A stretch of DNA of 32,000 nucleotides, taken from contig OZ245049.1 of assembly GCA_965224465.1 (NCBI GenBank), positions 3,690,001-3,722,000 on the forward strand. Direction: 5' to 3'. The notes under the pieces were generated by a model. It was not told the DNA's origin, made no database searches, and saw only the letters and a program-made list of their open reading frames with translations. The position numbers and the translations under genes were made by a program. The stretch is from Flavobacteriaceae bacterium. Lineage in GTDB: Bacteria; Bacteroidota; Bacteroidia; Flavobacteriales; Flavobacteriaceae. Below, piece by piece: positions 16,098 to 23,980 of this stretch; positions within the stretch are counted from its first letter, which is position 1, and each line of letters opens with the position of its first letter.

Positions 16098-16604
16098 TAA
16101 ATTTTGTGGAAATAGCTCACTTAATTTTTGAGCATTGTAATCAGGGATTATATCCAGTATTTTTTTCATCCATTTATAGGGGTTTACTTGGTGTTTTTTA
16201 CAAGTCCCAAAAAAGGAATAGAACATCGCTGCATTTTTTGCAGCATCATGGCTACCTGCAAATAAATAATTTTTACGTCCAATAGCTAATGTTCTGATAG
16301 ATCCTTCTACTAGGTTATTATCTAGTTCTAAAGTACCGTCATACAGGTAGGCTTTTAAGTAGTCCCATCGTTTTAATGTATAAGTAATTGCTTTTCCTAG
16401 TGGACTTTTCGGTAAGCTTCCTTGGGTATTATGGATCAACCATTTTATAAATGTATCCATTATTGGTTGTGCTTTATCTAGGCGATAAGCATGCCGTTGC
16501 TCAGGAGTAAATTCCTGGTTTTTACAATGTCGTTCTATCCAAATTGGAGGTAATGATAGAGCTGGTGCTACCTTTACTTCTGCCAATATTACAAGAGTAA
16601 CCAT
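16083..16604 (-). pseudogene. tnpC: Truncated IS66 transposase TnpC (C-terminal 150 aa only)
   Basis: LPKSPLGKAITYTLKRWDYLKAYLYDGTLELDNNLVEGSIRTLAIGRKNYLFAGSHDAAKNAAMFYSFFGTCKKHQVNP aligns with the C-terminus of the 500-aa TnpC at 7779..9281, at roughly half identity. No DDE core is present upstream. Confidence 0.8.
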
Positions 16605-16614
16605 CCAAACCTCA

Positions 16615-17091
16615 TTCCGTCAATTTTTATGGTATGAAGATCAATATGAATATCAGTCTTTTATAGTAGACACACGTACAGGTGCTTATGAAGAAATTCC
16701 TTTTGAAGAATTAAGAGGGGAAGTTAATATTGTAAAAGAAGAAGGTAGTATTCCTAGAACCGAAACAAGCATACGTATACCTGAATGGGTACATGAGAAA
16801 AGGAAAAAACATGAATATAGGTTTACTATTTTTCAACTAGTATTTGTATGTAGATTGCTACTAAATGAACAACATAAAAAATATTATCCACATACTTATG
16901 TAGGCAAAGATCGCTATATGGGTATAAAAATGCAATTATCACAATCTAGAACTCATAATTTTAAAAACATGAATGGATTACTATTCCCTCCGAAACCAAC
17001 CGAGTTTAAAGGGTATTATCATAAAAATGTAGAGGTAGATACTCTAGATAAACTATTAAAATGGGCTAAAGAACCCGTATTAAATATATAA
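16615..17091 (+). pseudogene. 3' remnant of a third MIX/TM-type effector paralog (C-terminal about 158 codons, no start)
   Basis: A continuous frame runs from the IS remnant to the stop. KKYYPHTYVGKDRYMGIKMQL...EVDTLDKLLKW parallels NHYFPYRLLDKPERYIGAKFKL...VFDTLANLKLDKTW at the C-terminus of 25207..27333. It is followed by a WYMDKNRPLP-family gene, as in the intact loci. Confidence 0.55.
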
Positions 17092-17095
17092 GTCT

Positions 17096-17791
17096 ATGGC
17101 AAAAATTAAAAAGCGTTTTGGTAAATGGGGAGGTTATTTGCCACATTGTATTGATGGACGACCTACAATAGATATAAAAAAAGAAGAAATGGATGGAGAA
17201 TATTATATTAAAGCTAATGATGAGTTTTTTATAATGAATAATGATTTATTTGGTAATATATATCTATATATAGGGTTAGCCCTTTATTTCTTTATGTTAT
17301 TAACAATAGCAATAAGACTTTCTGCAGATAAAGATGTTGGTTTTATTTTTTTATTTTTTTTATTTTCTTTTGGAACATTATCTATCATATATAATTATAC
17401 AGCTCCAGTAAAAAAGATTATTTTAGATAGACTCAATGGGATCGTTACTTTTCCCAACTTTTTATGGGGCAAACCTATTTGCATGCCTTTTAAAGATATG
17501 TTGGTAGCATGGTCAGTAAAAAATTCAGGAATCAACCCTTCAGGACCTTCGCTTTCTGCTTTTCATCCCAACGGTTTTTTTAGCACCGATATTATGGGGG
17601 CAGATGTGTTGGAAGATTGGTATTTTATAGTATGGTATATGGATAAAAACCGTCCTTTACCTCCGGGTACTGCTTTTGATGAATATCGTGAGAAAGATTA
17701 TCTGCGAAGAAAATCTGAAGGCTTTCCAGAAGGGTTATATCCTTGTAGTATTCATATTCCAGAATACAAGCCTTCAAAAAAAAGAAAGTAA
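17096..17791 (+). CDS. 2-TM WYMDKNRPLP-family membrane protein (231 aa), candidate orphan immunity
   Basis: Helices IYLYIGLALYFFMLLTIAIRL and VGFIFLFFLFSFGTLSIIY, followed by LDRLNGIVTFPNFLWGKPICMPFKDM and WYFIVWYMDKNRPLPPGTAFDEYREKDYLRRKSEGFPEGLY. Confidence 0.6.
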   Translation: MAKIKKRFGKWGGYLPHCIDGRPTIDIKKEEMDGEYYIKANDEFFIMNNDLFGNIYLYIGLALYFFMLLTIAIRLSADKDVGFIFLFFLFSFGTLSIIYNYTAPVKKIILDRLNGIVTFPNFLWGKPICMPFKDMLVAWSVKNSGINPSGPSLSAFHPNGFFSTDIMGADVLEDWYFIVWYMDKNRPLPPGTAFDEYREKDYLRRKSEGFPEGLYPCSIHIPEYKPSKKRK

Positions 17792-17858
17792 AAAACAAAG
17801 AATTGTAACTCTTATTAATTAGAAAATAATATGATAACTATTAAGAATTGTTAGTGTC

Positions 17859-18761
17859 TTTAATAAACGGGATGTTGACGCCAGTGTTGCTTGGAAGTTG
17901 GCAGGCGTTGCTTTTACAGTAAGTACTGCGGCAGGTATTTGGGGAGGAACTATTTTTTTATTATCAGGGCCTGTAGGTTGGATTGCCTTAGGAATTGGTT
18001 TAATAGGAGTGGTTTCAGCAAATATTTTTATAGACACAGACTTGGAATTCTATTTTAAACACTTTTTATTATCCGATCATAAAAAATTACCTATTGGTAA
18101 TAACAGTCCTATGGCATACAACCGTCTTGTCTATAAAAGTATTGAGACTTTAGTAGAGAGTGAGGATGAAGACATTAAAAATAGCCTAATGTATCCTGAG
18201 GATGCTATTGCTAGTTTACACGATCTTACGGTATGTACCAGCATTAATTACTATGTAGAAAACATGAAAATGAAATTTGCAGGCAGACGTGGTAGAAGTA
18301 CGGGGTATTATGTAAGTAGTTTTGGTATTACTATGAATTTTAATCATTTTTTATACGATGTAAATCAATTAGAAGCAAAAGGTATGATAGTGCGTCATAC
18401 CTGGGTTAATAGTATTGGAAGTAATGCCGAAGAATTTAATTTAATATTAAAAGATGCCAAAATAATAAGCATGAAAAATGGACAACAACAACTTTTAGTA
18501 ATTGTAGCAATACCTTACGAAAAAAGAAAATTAATAAAAGACGATAAAGATTTAGAAATGGTACTAGCCATACGTGTAAGAATTAATAAAGAGAAAAACC
18601 ATTACTTCCCTTACAGACTACTAGACAAACCTGAACGCTATATTGGTGCTAAATTTAAGTTATATAAAAACATATACACTAATTCAGGGGAAAATAACAC
18701 AGATAATCAAAATTTAGTTTTTGATACCTTAGCGAACTTAAAACTTGATAAAACATGGTAG
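17859..18761 (+). pseudogene. Orphan C-terminal toxin module (TM helices plus beta-rich domain) of the cassette-B membrane effector; no N-terminal loading region and no ATG
   Basis: Homology to 26431-27333 begins at FNKRDVDAS. Only 4 aa differences occur over the last 287 residues. The frame is open only from 17838 and the first start-like codon is TTG at 17898. Confidence 0.75.
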
Positions 18762-19543
18762 ATGCGACTTTTAATTACAAACGCCCTATAACCCATACCC
18801 AATACAAACATGGAGATAAAGAAACCAAAAAAGGAGGATTTAGCAGAATGCTGACTATGCGTATAACAGATGACATGCATGTTATGAAAAAAAGTGATGT
18901 AGGTACTAAAGGGGGCTTTCCTTTTGCTACAGATGTTTTTTTAAAATGCCCTGTTGTTCCTAAGATAATGCCTTTATGGTTGGGTAGCGTATTTTTATTT
19001 TTATTTTTATTTTGTATTTATGTATATCTTACACCAAGTGACAAAGACAATGGCGATTATATATTATTTTATTTAATAACTTTTCTTTCTTTTCTAGGAT
19101 TTTTGTTTTTTGCAACCTATTATTTTACGATGCCAACAAAAGAGCTTATTTTTAATAGAGCGGACGGTTTGGTTACTTTTCCTGGGTTTATGTGGTGTAA
19201 AAACATAACAATGCCTATACATAAAATGATGTTTTCTATGTCATCGCCTAGTACGCAAGGAGGAGGCGCTTATATGTTGCAAATTGTACGACCAGACAGG
19301 ACGTATTCTTTGTATTTATGTACAAGGGGCTATAGTTGTTATGAAGATTTATCATCTTATTTATGGTATATGGATAAGAACAGACCATTACCTACGGGGG
19401 AAGGTTTTGATCCGTGTCGTTTACAAGATTATGAACGTAGAAAATCTGAGGGTTTCCCTAAGCCATTATTTCCTTGTAGTTTTGAAACTCCAGAAGCTAC
19501 GCTTGAACAACAGGCAGAACGTGAGCGTATTGGCGGTTGGTAA
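18755..19543 (+). CDS. 2-TM WYMDKNRPLP-family membrane protein (262 aa), candidate immunity for the orphan toxin tail
   Basis: A 7-nt ATGGTAG overlap with the toxin stop, identical to the arrangement at 27327. 241/262 residues are identical to 27327..28115. Confidence 0.65.
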   Translation: MVDATFNYKRPITHTQYKHGDKETKKGGFSRMLTMRITDDMHVMKKSDVGTKGGFPFATDVFLKCPVVPKIMPLWLGSVFLFLFLFCIYVYLTPSDKDNGDYILFYLITFLSFLGFLFFATYYFTMPTKELIFNRADGLVTFPGFMWCKNITMPIHKMMFSMSSPSTQGGGAYMLQIVRPDRTYSLYLCTRGYSCYEDLSSYLWYMDKNRPLPTGEGFDPCRLQDYERRKSEGFPKPLFPCSFETPEATLEQQAERERIGGW

Positions 19544-19570
19544 AAGTTGATAGCGCAAAGCAATGCATTC

Positions 19571-19591
19571 GCGCGGATTTTAAATCCGCGC
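19571..19591 (+). promoter_or_regulatory. Conserved GC-rich junction hairpin
   Basis: gcgcggattt-t-aaatccgcgc, preceded by the 8-bp palindrome aatgcatt. The stem is GC-rich in an otherwise AT-rich context. Found in the same position after the immunity gene as at 28143. Confidence 0.4.
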
Positions 19592-19601
19592 CAGTAACTG
19601 A

Positions 19602-19901
19602 GTGTCTGCTAGGAATGTTTTGCGGAAAGGTTTACGGAAAAAGGTGATTTATACATTAAGAGAAAATAGTGAAGAAGAAGATTTAATACCAAAAGTTTTA
19701 GACTACTACCTAACGGACCTTAATCGAAACAAAATAGATAAAACAAAAATAGGTGAGAAAGTTTTTTTGAATATTAAAACCAAAAAATTAATTGGCGAAT
19801 TGCTATCTATTTCTTTGAATGATAAAAAGGCTGATTTTAAATATAAAAATGAAAGACGACCAAATGATACTATTAACCTGTCTCGAATTTTTTGGAAATA
19901 A
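19602..19901 (+). CDS. Hypothetical 99-aa protein that shares only the 17-codon leader with the hydrolase effector
   Basis: GTG start. MSARNVLRKGLRKKVIY is identical to 28174 and then unrelated. The remainder (KIDKTKIGEKVFLNIKTKKLIGELLSISL) has the alternating pattern of a small beta-sandwich. It may be a truncated or frameshifted gene. Confidence 0.3.
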   Translation: MSARNVLRKGLRKKVIYTLRENSEEEDLIPKVLDYYLTDLNRNKIDKTKIGEKVFLNIKTKKLIGELLSISLNDKKADFKYKNERRPNDTINLSRIFWK

Positions 19902-20106
19902 TATCAAAGATGTAGAAATTAAAAATGGATATACAGTAGATAACTCTTTGAATAAAGGTTTGATTAATTGCATCGAAATAGTCCTAACGGTTAGTGATAC
20001 GAAGAATATTGATGATTTTGAGTGGAATTTTATTCAAAACAACCTGCTTTTGTACCTAAAAAAGAACGCAACATCAGTTTTTCCCTTTGTTATTAAAAAA
20101 CACTAA
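19819..20106 (+). CDS. Hypothetical small protein (95 aa, or 85 aa from ATG 19849)
   Basis: An ORF overlapping the end of 19602..19901 in another frame. No recognisable motif. It could be the continuation of a frameshifted gene or a small immunity-like protein. Confidence 0.25.
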   Translation: MIKRLILNIKMKDDQMILLTCLEFFGNNIKDVEIKNGYTVDNSLNKGLINCIEIVLTVSDTKNIDDFEWNFIQNNLLLYLKKNATSVFPFVIKKH

Positions 20107-20215
20107 AACCCGTTGCCTTACTGGCGAAATCAAGGATTTTCTCTATGGTATAAAGGGCTGAATAGGGATGGAAATAATATTTTTTGATTATTAAAAGGAT
20201 ATATGCTTTTTTTAT

Positions 20216-20223
20216 TACATTTG
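20216..20223 (+). promoter_or_regulatory. Candidate Bacteroidetes -7 promoter element upstream of hcp
   Basis: tacatttg fits TAnnTTTG and lies 60 nt upstream of the hcp ATG. No well-spaced -33 TTTG is present (nearest at 20183-20186, 29 nt away), so support is weak. Confidence 0.25.
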
Positions 20224-20283
20224 ACATGTAAATATTTTTATATATATAAATATCTTATTATTAATTACTAAAATTTTTTTATT

Positions 20284-20670
20284 ATGTCTTTTAAAGCAAA
20301 ATTAAAAGTAGGTGGACAAGAGTACAATGTATTGTCTTGTTCTTATGAATTACATCAAGAAACTGATGCAACTGGAAGACCATCTTCTATCACTAGAGGT
20401 GGAAAAATTAGATTAACGGTTGAGTCTACAGCAGACACAAGTTTGTCTGATTGGATGTTTAATAACTTTGAGCGTAGAGACGGTTCTATTGTTTTCTTAA
20501 AAAGAGATACCGAAGCTACTGCAAAGGAATTAAAGTTTTCTGAAGGTTATATGGTGAAATATCTAGAGAATTTTGATTCTACAGGTAAAAATCCAATGTC
20601 AGAGTCATTTATCATTTCAGCAAAATCTGTTGCAATGGGGAATGGTGAACATGTAAATGATTGGGTGTAA
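20284..20670 (+). CDS. hcp: Hcp/TssD-like T6SS tube protein (128 aa)
   Basis: MSFKAKLKVGGQEYNVLSCSYELHQETDATGRPSSITRGGKIRLTVESTADTSLSDWMF matches my recollection of Bacteroidetes TssD (MxF.A.L...G.E..VL.C.Y.L....D..GRPSS...GGKI...VEST.DT.). Confidence 0.9.
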   Translation: MSFKAKLKVGGQEYNVLSCSYELHQETDATGRPSSITRGGKIRLTVESTADTSLSDWMFNNFERRDGSIVFLKRDTEATAKELKFSEGYMVKYLENFDSTGKNPMSESFIISAKSVAMGNGEHVNDWV

Positions 20671-20833
20671 TACCAATTACAATCCAAAATGACCGATATA
20701 AATAGTTTATTTTACGTACTAGCGTTGTTAAAAAATAGAACGATAGCTAAGGCTATCCTTAGATTTTCCGCCTAGATAGAACATAAAATAATTCTATTTC
20801 TAAACCGTCTATTGGAAATGCATTTGGTATAAT
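20671..20833. repeat. Single-copy form of the hcp intergenic element (about 163 bp), with imperfect terminal inverted repeats
   Basis: Left end is taccaattacaatccaaaatgaccg. The reverse complement of the right end is taccaaatgcatttccaatagacgg. TA(A) is present on both flanks. Confidence 0.55.
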
Positions 20834-20872
20834 AGCGTTTTAGCTATAGTGTAACATATCTAATAAAATAAA

Positions 20873-20902
20873 AAGGAAGTGTTACATAACACTTCCTTTT
20901 TT
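20873..20902 (+). terminator. Rho-independent terminator-like hairpin
   Basis: aaggaagtgtt / acat / aacacttcctt followed by tttt. Ortholog of 431-460. Confidence 0.6.
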
Positions 20903-20943
20903 GCGTTTAATTTAATTAGTTTAACAAATATAAATACTATAAA

Positions 20944-21339
20944 ATGTCGTTTTTATCACAATTAACAATAGCCGATGATACCATGAATGTATTGCGATGT
21001 TCTTTTAATTTTGAACAAGGTGCAGATGCTGCTGGTAAACCATCACAAAGACCAAGTGGAGGGAAACTTATAATTTTAATAGAATCTACTAGTAAAACAG
21101 ATTTTTTAGAATGGATGATCTCTCCCAATATGACCAAAAACGGAGAGGTTGTTTTTTATAAAAGAGATAATATGTCTAGTTTAAAAACCATTACTTTTAA
21201 AAATGCCTATTGTTTGAGCTATCAAGAAGATTTTGATGCAGAAGGAAACCAACCTTTAAAAACACGGATTGTTGTGTCTGCAAAAGAAATTAAAGTAAAG
21301 AATACTACCTTTTCCAATAACTGGTTTGATAGAGAATAA
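20944..21339 (+). CDS. hcp: Hcp/TssD-like T6SS tube protein, second paralog (131 aa)
   Basis: About 95% identical to 503..898 and in the same context. Confidence 0.85.
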   Translation: MSFLSQLTIADDTMNVLRCSFNFEQGADAAGKPSQRPSGGKLIILIESTSKTDFLEWMISPNMTKNGEVVFYKRDNMSSLKTITFKNAYCLSYQEDFDAEGNQPLKTRIVVSAKEIKVKNTTFSNNWFDRE

Positions 21340-21424
21340 AAAAGTAGAAGCATCCCTGATGCAATCAATTAAAATGAATTTATTATTGTAATTTTTTTTA
21401 GAGAACACTATTAATTTAGAAAAT

Positions 21425-23239
21425 ATGGCGCTACAAAGCAACACAACTATAATTATTAAGAGACAAGAATTTTCAAGTTTTCAAAGCCTTAACTTACATC
21501 AGGAAATTGATGCATCCCATTTGTTAACACTTACGTTTAGAATGGACACACTTGAAGATCTAGAAGAAGAACTTGCAACCAACAGTAAGGAGTTTTTGGG
21601 GGAAACAATTTCCTTGCAAACGATTCCTGCAAATGGTTTTGAAGACCGTTATGGCGAATTGACGTTTAAAGGTATTATTACCGAAATAAAAATCATAAAA
21701 GGGCATGAGGTAAGTGATGGTGATAAAGTAGTTATAGTGGCAAAAAGCCCCGATTTTTTAACAAATGATGGTCCGCATTTTGCGTCTTACAACGATGTTT
21801 CCCTCTCAGAAATTATTGATAGTTCGTTTGAAGGCTATGATACTTCAAAATTAGAAGTAGACATACGCCCTCAAAACAACCCTAGTTTGCATTATTCGGT
21901 ACAGCATAACGAAAGTGCTTTTACGTATGTAAGTAGACTTGCAGCACAATACGGAGAGTGGTTCTATTACGATGGAGCGAAATTAGTGTTTGGAATGCCT
22001 GGTACCGAAGACTTAGAACTCACCTATGGATTTGATTTAGTAGAGTATCAGATACGTTTGATACCTCAATCCAACAATTACAAAATATTTGCAAATGATT
22101 ATTTAACCGATGAGGTACAAGAAAAATCAACAAGCGAAACCAATGCCGGTTTAAGAGGTTTTGGAGGCTTTGTTTCTGAAAAATCAAATGCCATCTACAG
22201 AAAAGAAACAAAAATTTGGCACAATTTATACAGCAATACAGAAGTGCAACAGCGTTTAGATACAGCGGTGGAATTGCAGAAAAAAGCGATTGATGTAAAA
22301 CAAGTAAAAGTACAGGGTGTTTGTGATAATCCAGGAGTAAAAATTGGGAGCGTAGTTGTAATAGAAGGCAATAGATACAGAATTATAGAGGTTACACATA
22401 GCAATAATGAAATTGGCGATTATACAAATAAATTTGAAGGAATTACCGCAGATATAAACGCATATCCATACACCAACATAAACGCATTTCCAAAAAGCGA
22501 AACACAGGTAGCTACCGTAAAAGAAAATGCAGATCCCGATGGATTGGGGCGCATAAGAGTGCAATTTCCATGGCAAGTGGAGTATAGCGAGTTAACCCCA
22601 TGGGTGCGCATTGTAACACCACATGGAGGAGCAAATAAAGGATTCCATTTTATACCAGAAATTGACGAAGAGGTATTGGTGGGCTTTGAAGGGGGGAATG
22701 CAGAACATCCTTATATATTGGGTGTTTTATATACGGGAAATGCCAAACCCGAAGCGTTTAAAACCGACACCAACGATGTTAAAATTATAAGAACCCGCAG
22801 CGGACACACCATTGAACTAAATGATAAAGATGGTGAAGAAAAAATAAATATCTACGATAACGAAGGAAGTATCATCACTTTTGATACCCAAGCAAAATCC
22901 TTGTATATACAAGCTACGGAGAATATTGAATTCCAAGCAAAGAATATTAAATTAAAAGCGAGCGAGAATATAGAACTAAACGCCGATCAAGAAATTAAAA
23001 TAGCAGCAACGGGTAACGCATTATTAGCATCAGAGGCAGTTATTAACATACAAGCAGAAAGTGATGTTAACGTAAGTGCGAGTTCGAATATAACCATAGA
23101 AGCCAGTAGTAAAGCGAATTTTAAAGGACAAAGTATTATTGTAGAAGGGCAAACATCAGCTGAATTTAATAGTGCCCAAACCAAAATTACGGGTAGTGGA
23201 ATGATTGATGTTTCAGGAGGAATGATAAAAATAAATTAA
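21425..23239 (+). CDS. vgrG: VgrG/TssI T6SS spike protein (604 aa)
   Basis: Same length as 1145..2959, and collinear with it at a constant offset of 20280. Substitutions are scattered over roughly the first 420 residues. The last about 170 codons are identical at the nucleotide level. Confidence 0.92.
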   Translation: MALQSNTTIIIKRQEFSSFQSLNLHQEIDASHLLTLTFRMDTLEDLEEELATNSKEFLGETISLQTIPANGFEDRYGELTFKGIITEIKIIKGHEVSDGDKVVIVAKSPDFLTNDGPHFASYNDVSLSEIIDSSFEGYDTSKLEVDIRPQNNPSLHYSVQHNESAFTYVSRLAAQYGEWFYYDGAKLVFGMPGTEDLELTYGFDLVEYQIRLIPQSNNYKIFANDYLTDEVQEKSTSETNAGLRGFGGFVSEKSNAIYRKETKIWHNLYSNTEVQQRLDTAVELQKKAIDVKQVKVQGVCDNPGVKIGSVVVIEGNRYRIIEVTHSNNEIGDYTNKFEGITADINAYPYTNINAFPKSETQVATVKENADPDGLGRIRVQFPWQVEYSELTPWVRIVTPHGGANKGFHFIPEIDEEVLVGFEGGNAEHPYILGVLYTGNAKPEAFKTDTNDVKIIRTRSGHTIELNDKDGEEKINIYDNEGSIITFDTQAKSLYIQATENIEFQAKNIKLKASENIELNADQEIKIAATGNALLASEAVINIQAESDVNVSASSNITIEASSKANFKGQSIIVEGQTSAEFNSAQTKITGSGMIDVSGGMIKIN

Positions 23240-23255
23240 AACAAATAAATAAATT

Positions 23256-23969
23256 ATGCCAGGACCAGCAGCAACAATATCACACATGCACACATGCCCT
23301 ATGTATAGTGGAACAAGCCCACATACTGGCGGCCCCATTATAGGCCCGGGAGTGCCAACAGTTTTAATAGGAGGAAAACCTGCCGCAGTAATGGGGGATC
23401 AATGTACCTGTTCGGGACCACCCGATGTAATTGTAGAAGGTGTTTCTACCGTATTAATTGGTGGGAGACCCGCAGCTACTATGGGATCAAAAACAGGTCA
23501 TGGAGGCGAAGTAAGCATTGGAAATACTACCGTACTTATTGGTACAAGATGTAGTGCTCCTACCGCAATAATGCCAGTAAGCAAAATACCTTTTCCTAAA
23601 ATATCTTTTAAAGATCGTATACTAACTTCTTTGTCGGGGAATTCATTGGCAGAAGCAGAAGCGAATCAAGCTGCTTTGAGAGAAGAAGAGGAAGGTGAGC
23701 CTGAAATATATGGTGTACAGTGGATTATAGGAGAACAAACAGTAAGAGAATCTCATGTGTTTTCTGAAGTAACTGTAAGGGCTAGGGTAAGAAATATTAA
23801 TGATGGTGAAAAAATTACTTTTTCTATTAAAAAACCTCTTAGCACAACGGATAATAATGGAGTTAGTACTACTTCCGAAGAAGATATTATTGAGTTATCA
23901 GGTACAGTACAAGACAAAATAGTAGAGGTAACTTGGGAAATTGAAAAATCACAGGAAGAATCTAAATAA
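23256..23969 (+). CDS. PAAR-domain spike-tip protein with an alternative C-terminal extension (237 aa)
   Basis: Residues 1-149 are nearly identical to 2976..3668. After EEEEGEP the tail differs (EIYGVQWIIGEQTVRESHVFSEVTVRARVRNINDGEKITFSI...). Confidence 0.9.
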   Translation: MPGPAATISHMHTCPMYSGTSPHTGGPIIGPGVPTVLIGGKPAAVMGDQCTCSGPPDVIVEGVSTVLIGGRPAATMGSKTGHGGEVSIGNTTVLIGTRCSAPTAIMPVSKIPFPKISFKDRILTSLSGNSLAEAEANQAALREEEEGEPEIYGVQWIIGEQTVRESHVFSEVTVRARVRNINDGEKITFSIKKPLSTTDNNGVSTTSEEDIIELSGTVQDKIVEVTWEIEKSQEESK

Positions 23970-23980
23970 AATAGCAGATA

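Larger units (their letters stand above)
16028..16604 (-). mobile_element. Remnant (3' end only) of a second, different IS66-family element
   Basis: The end sequence gtatccgtccgacgaagc resembles the IS66 IR gtaagcgtacgg. It abuts the effector fragment exactly where the paralogs continue ...agagcctttagtaaacc. It contains only the last third of a tnpC gene. The inner boundary is approximate (16540-16610). Confidence 0.7.

Noticed and set aside
16855-17091. 78-aa ORF treated as an independent small gene
   Set aside because: Its frame is open and coding-like back to the IS remnant at about 16615. It also aligns with the C-terminus of the membrane effectors. The TTG start is only the first start-like codon in a truncated gene.
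19284-19550. 88-aa plus-strand ORFs overlapping the 3' part of the immunity genes out of frame (19284-19550, 27856-28122)
   Set aside because: The overlapping frame carries the family-defining WYMDKNRPLP...GFP motif, which is conserved in four paralogs. The alternative frame has no conserved features.
19571-19591. Possible tRNA anticodon arm or suppressor tRNA (gcgga-ttttaaa-tccgc, with a 7-nt loop)
   Set aside because: No acceptor stem, D-arm or GTTCGAATC-type T-arm can be found on either side. The loop sequence differs between copies (ttttaaa versus tttaaaa). It is treated as a structural hairpin only.
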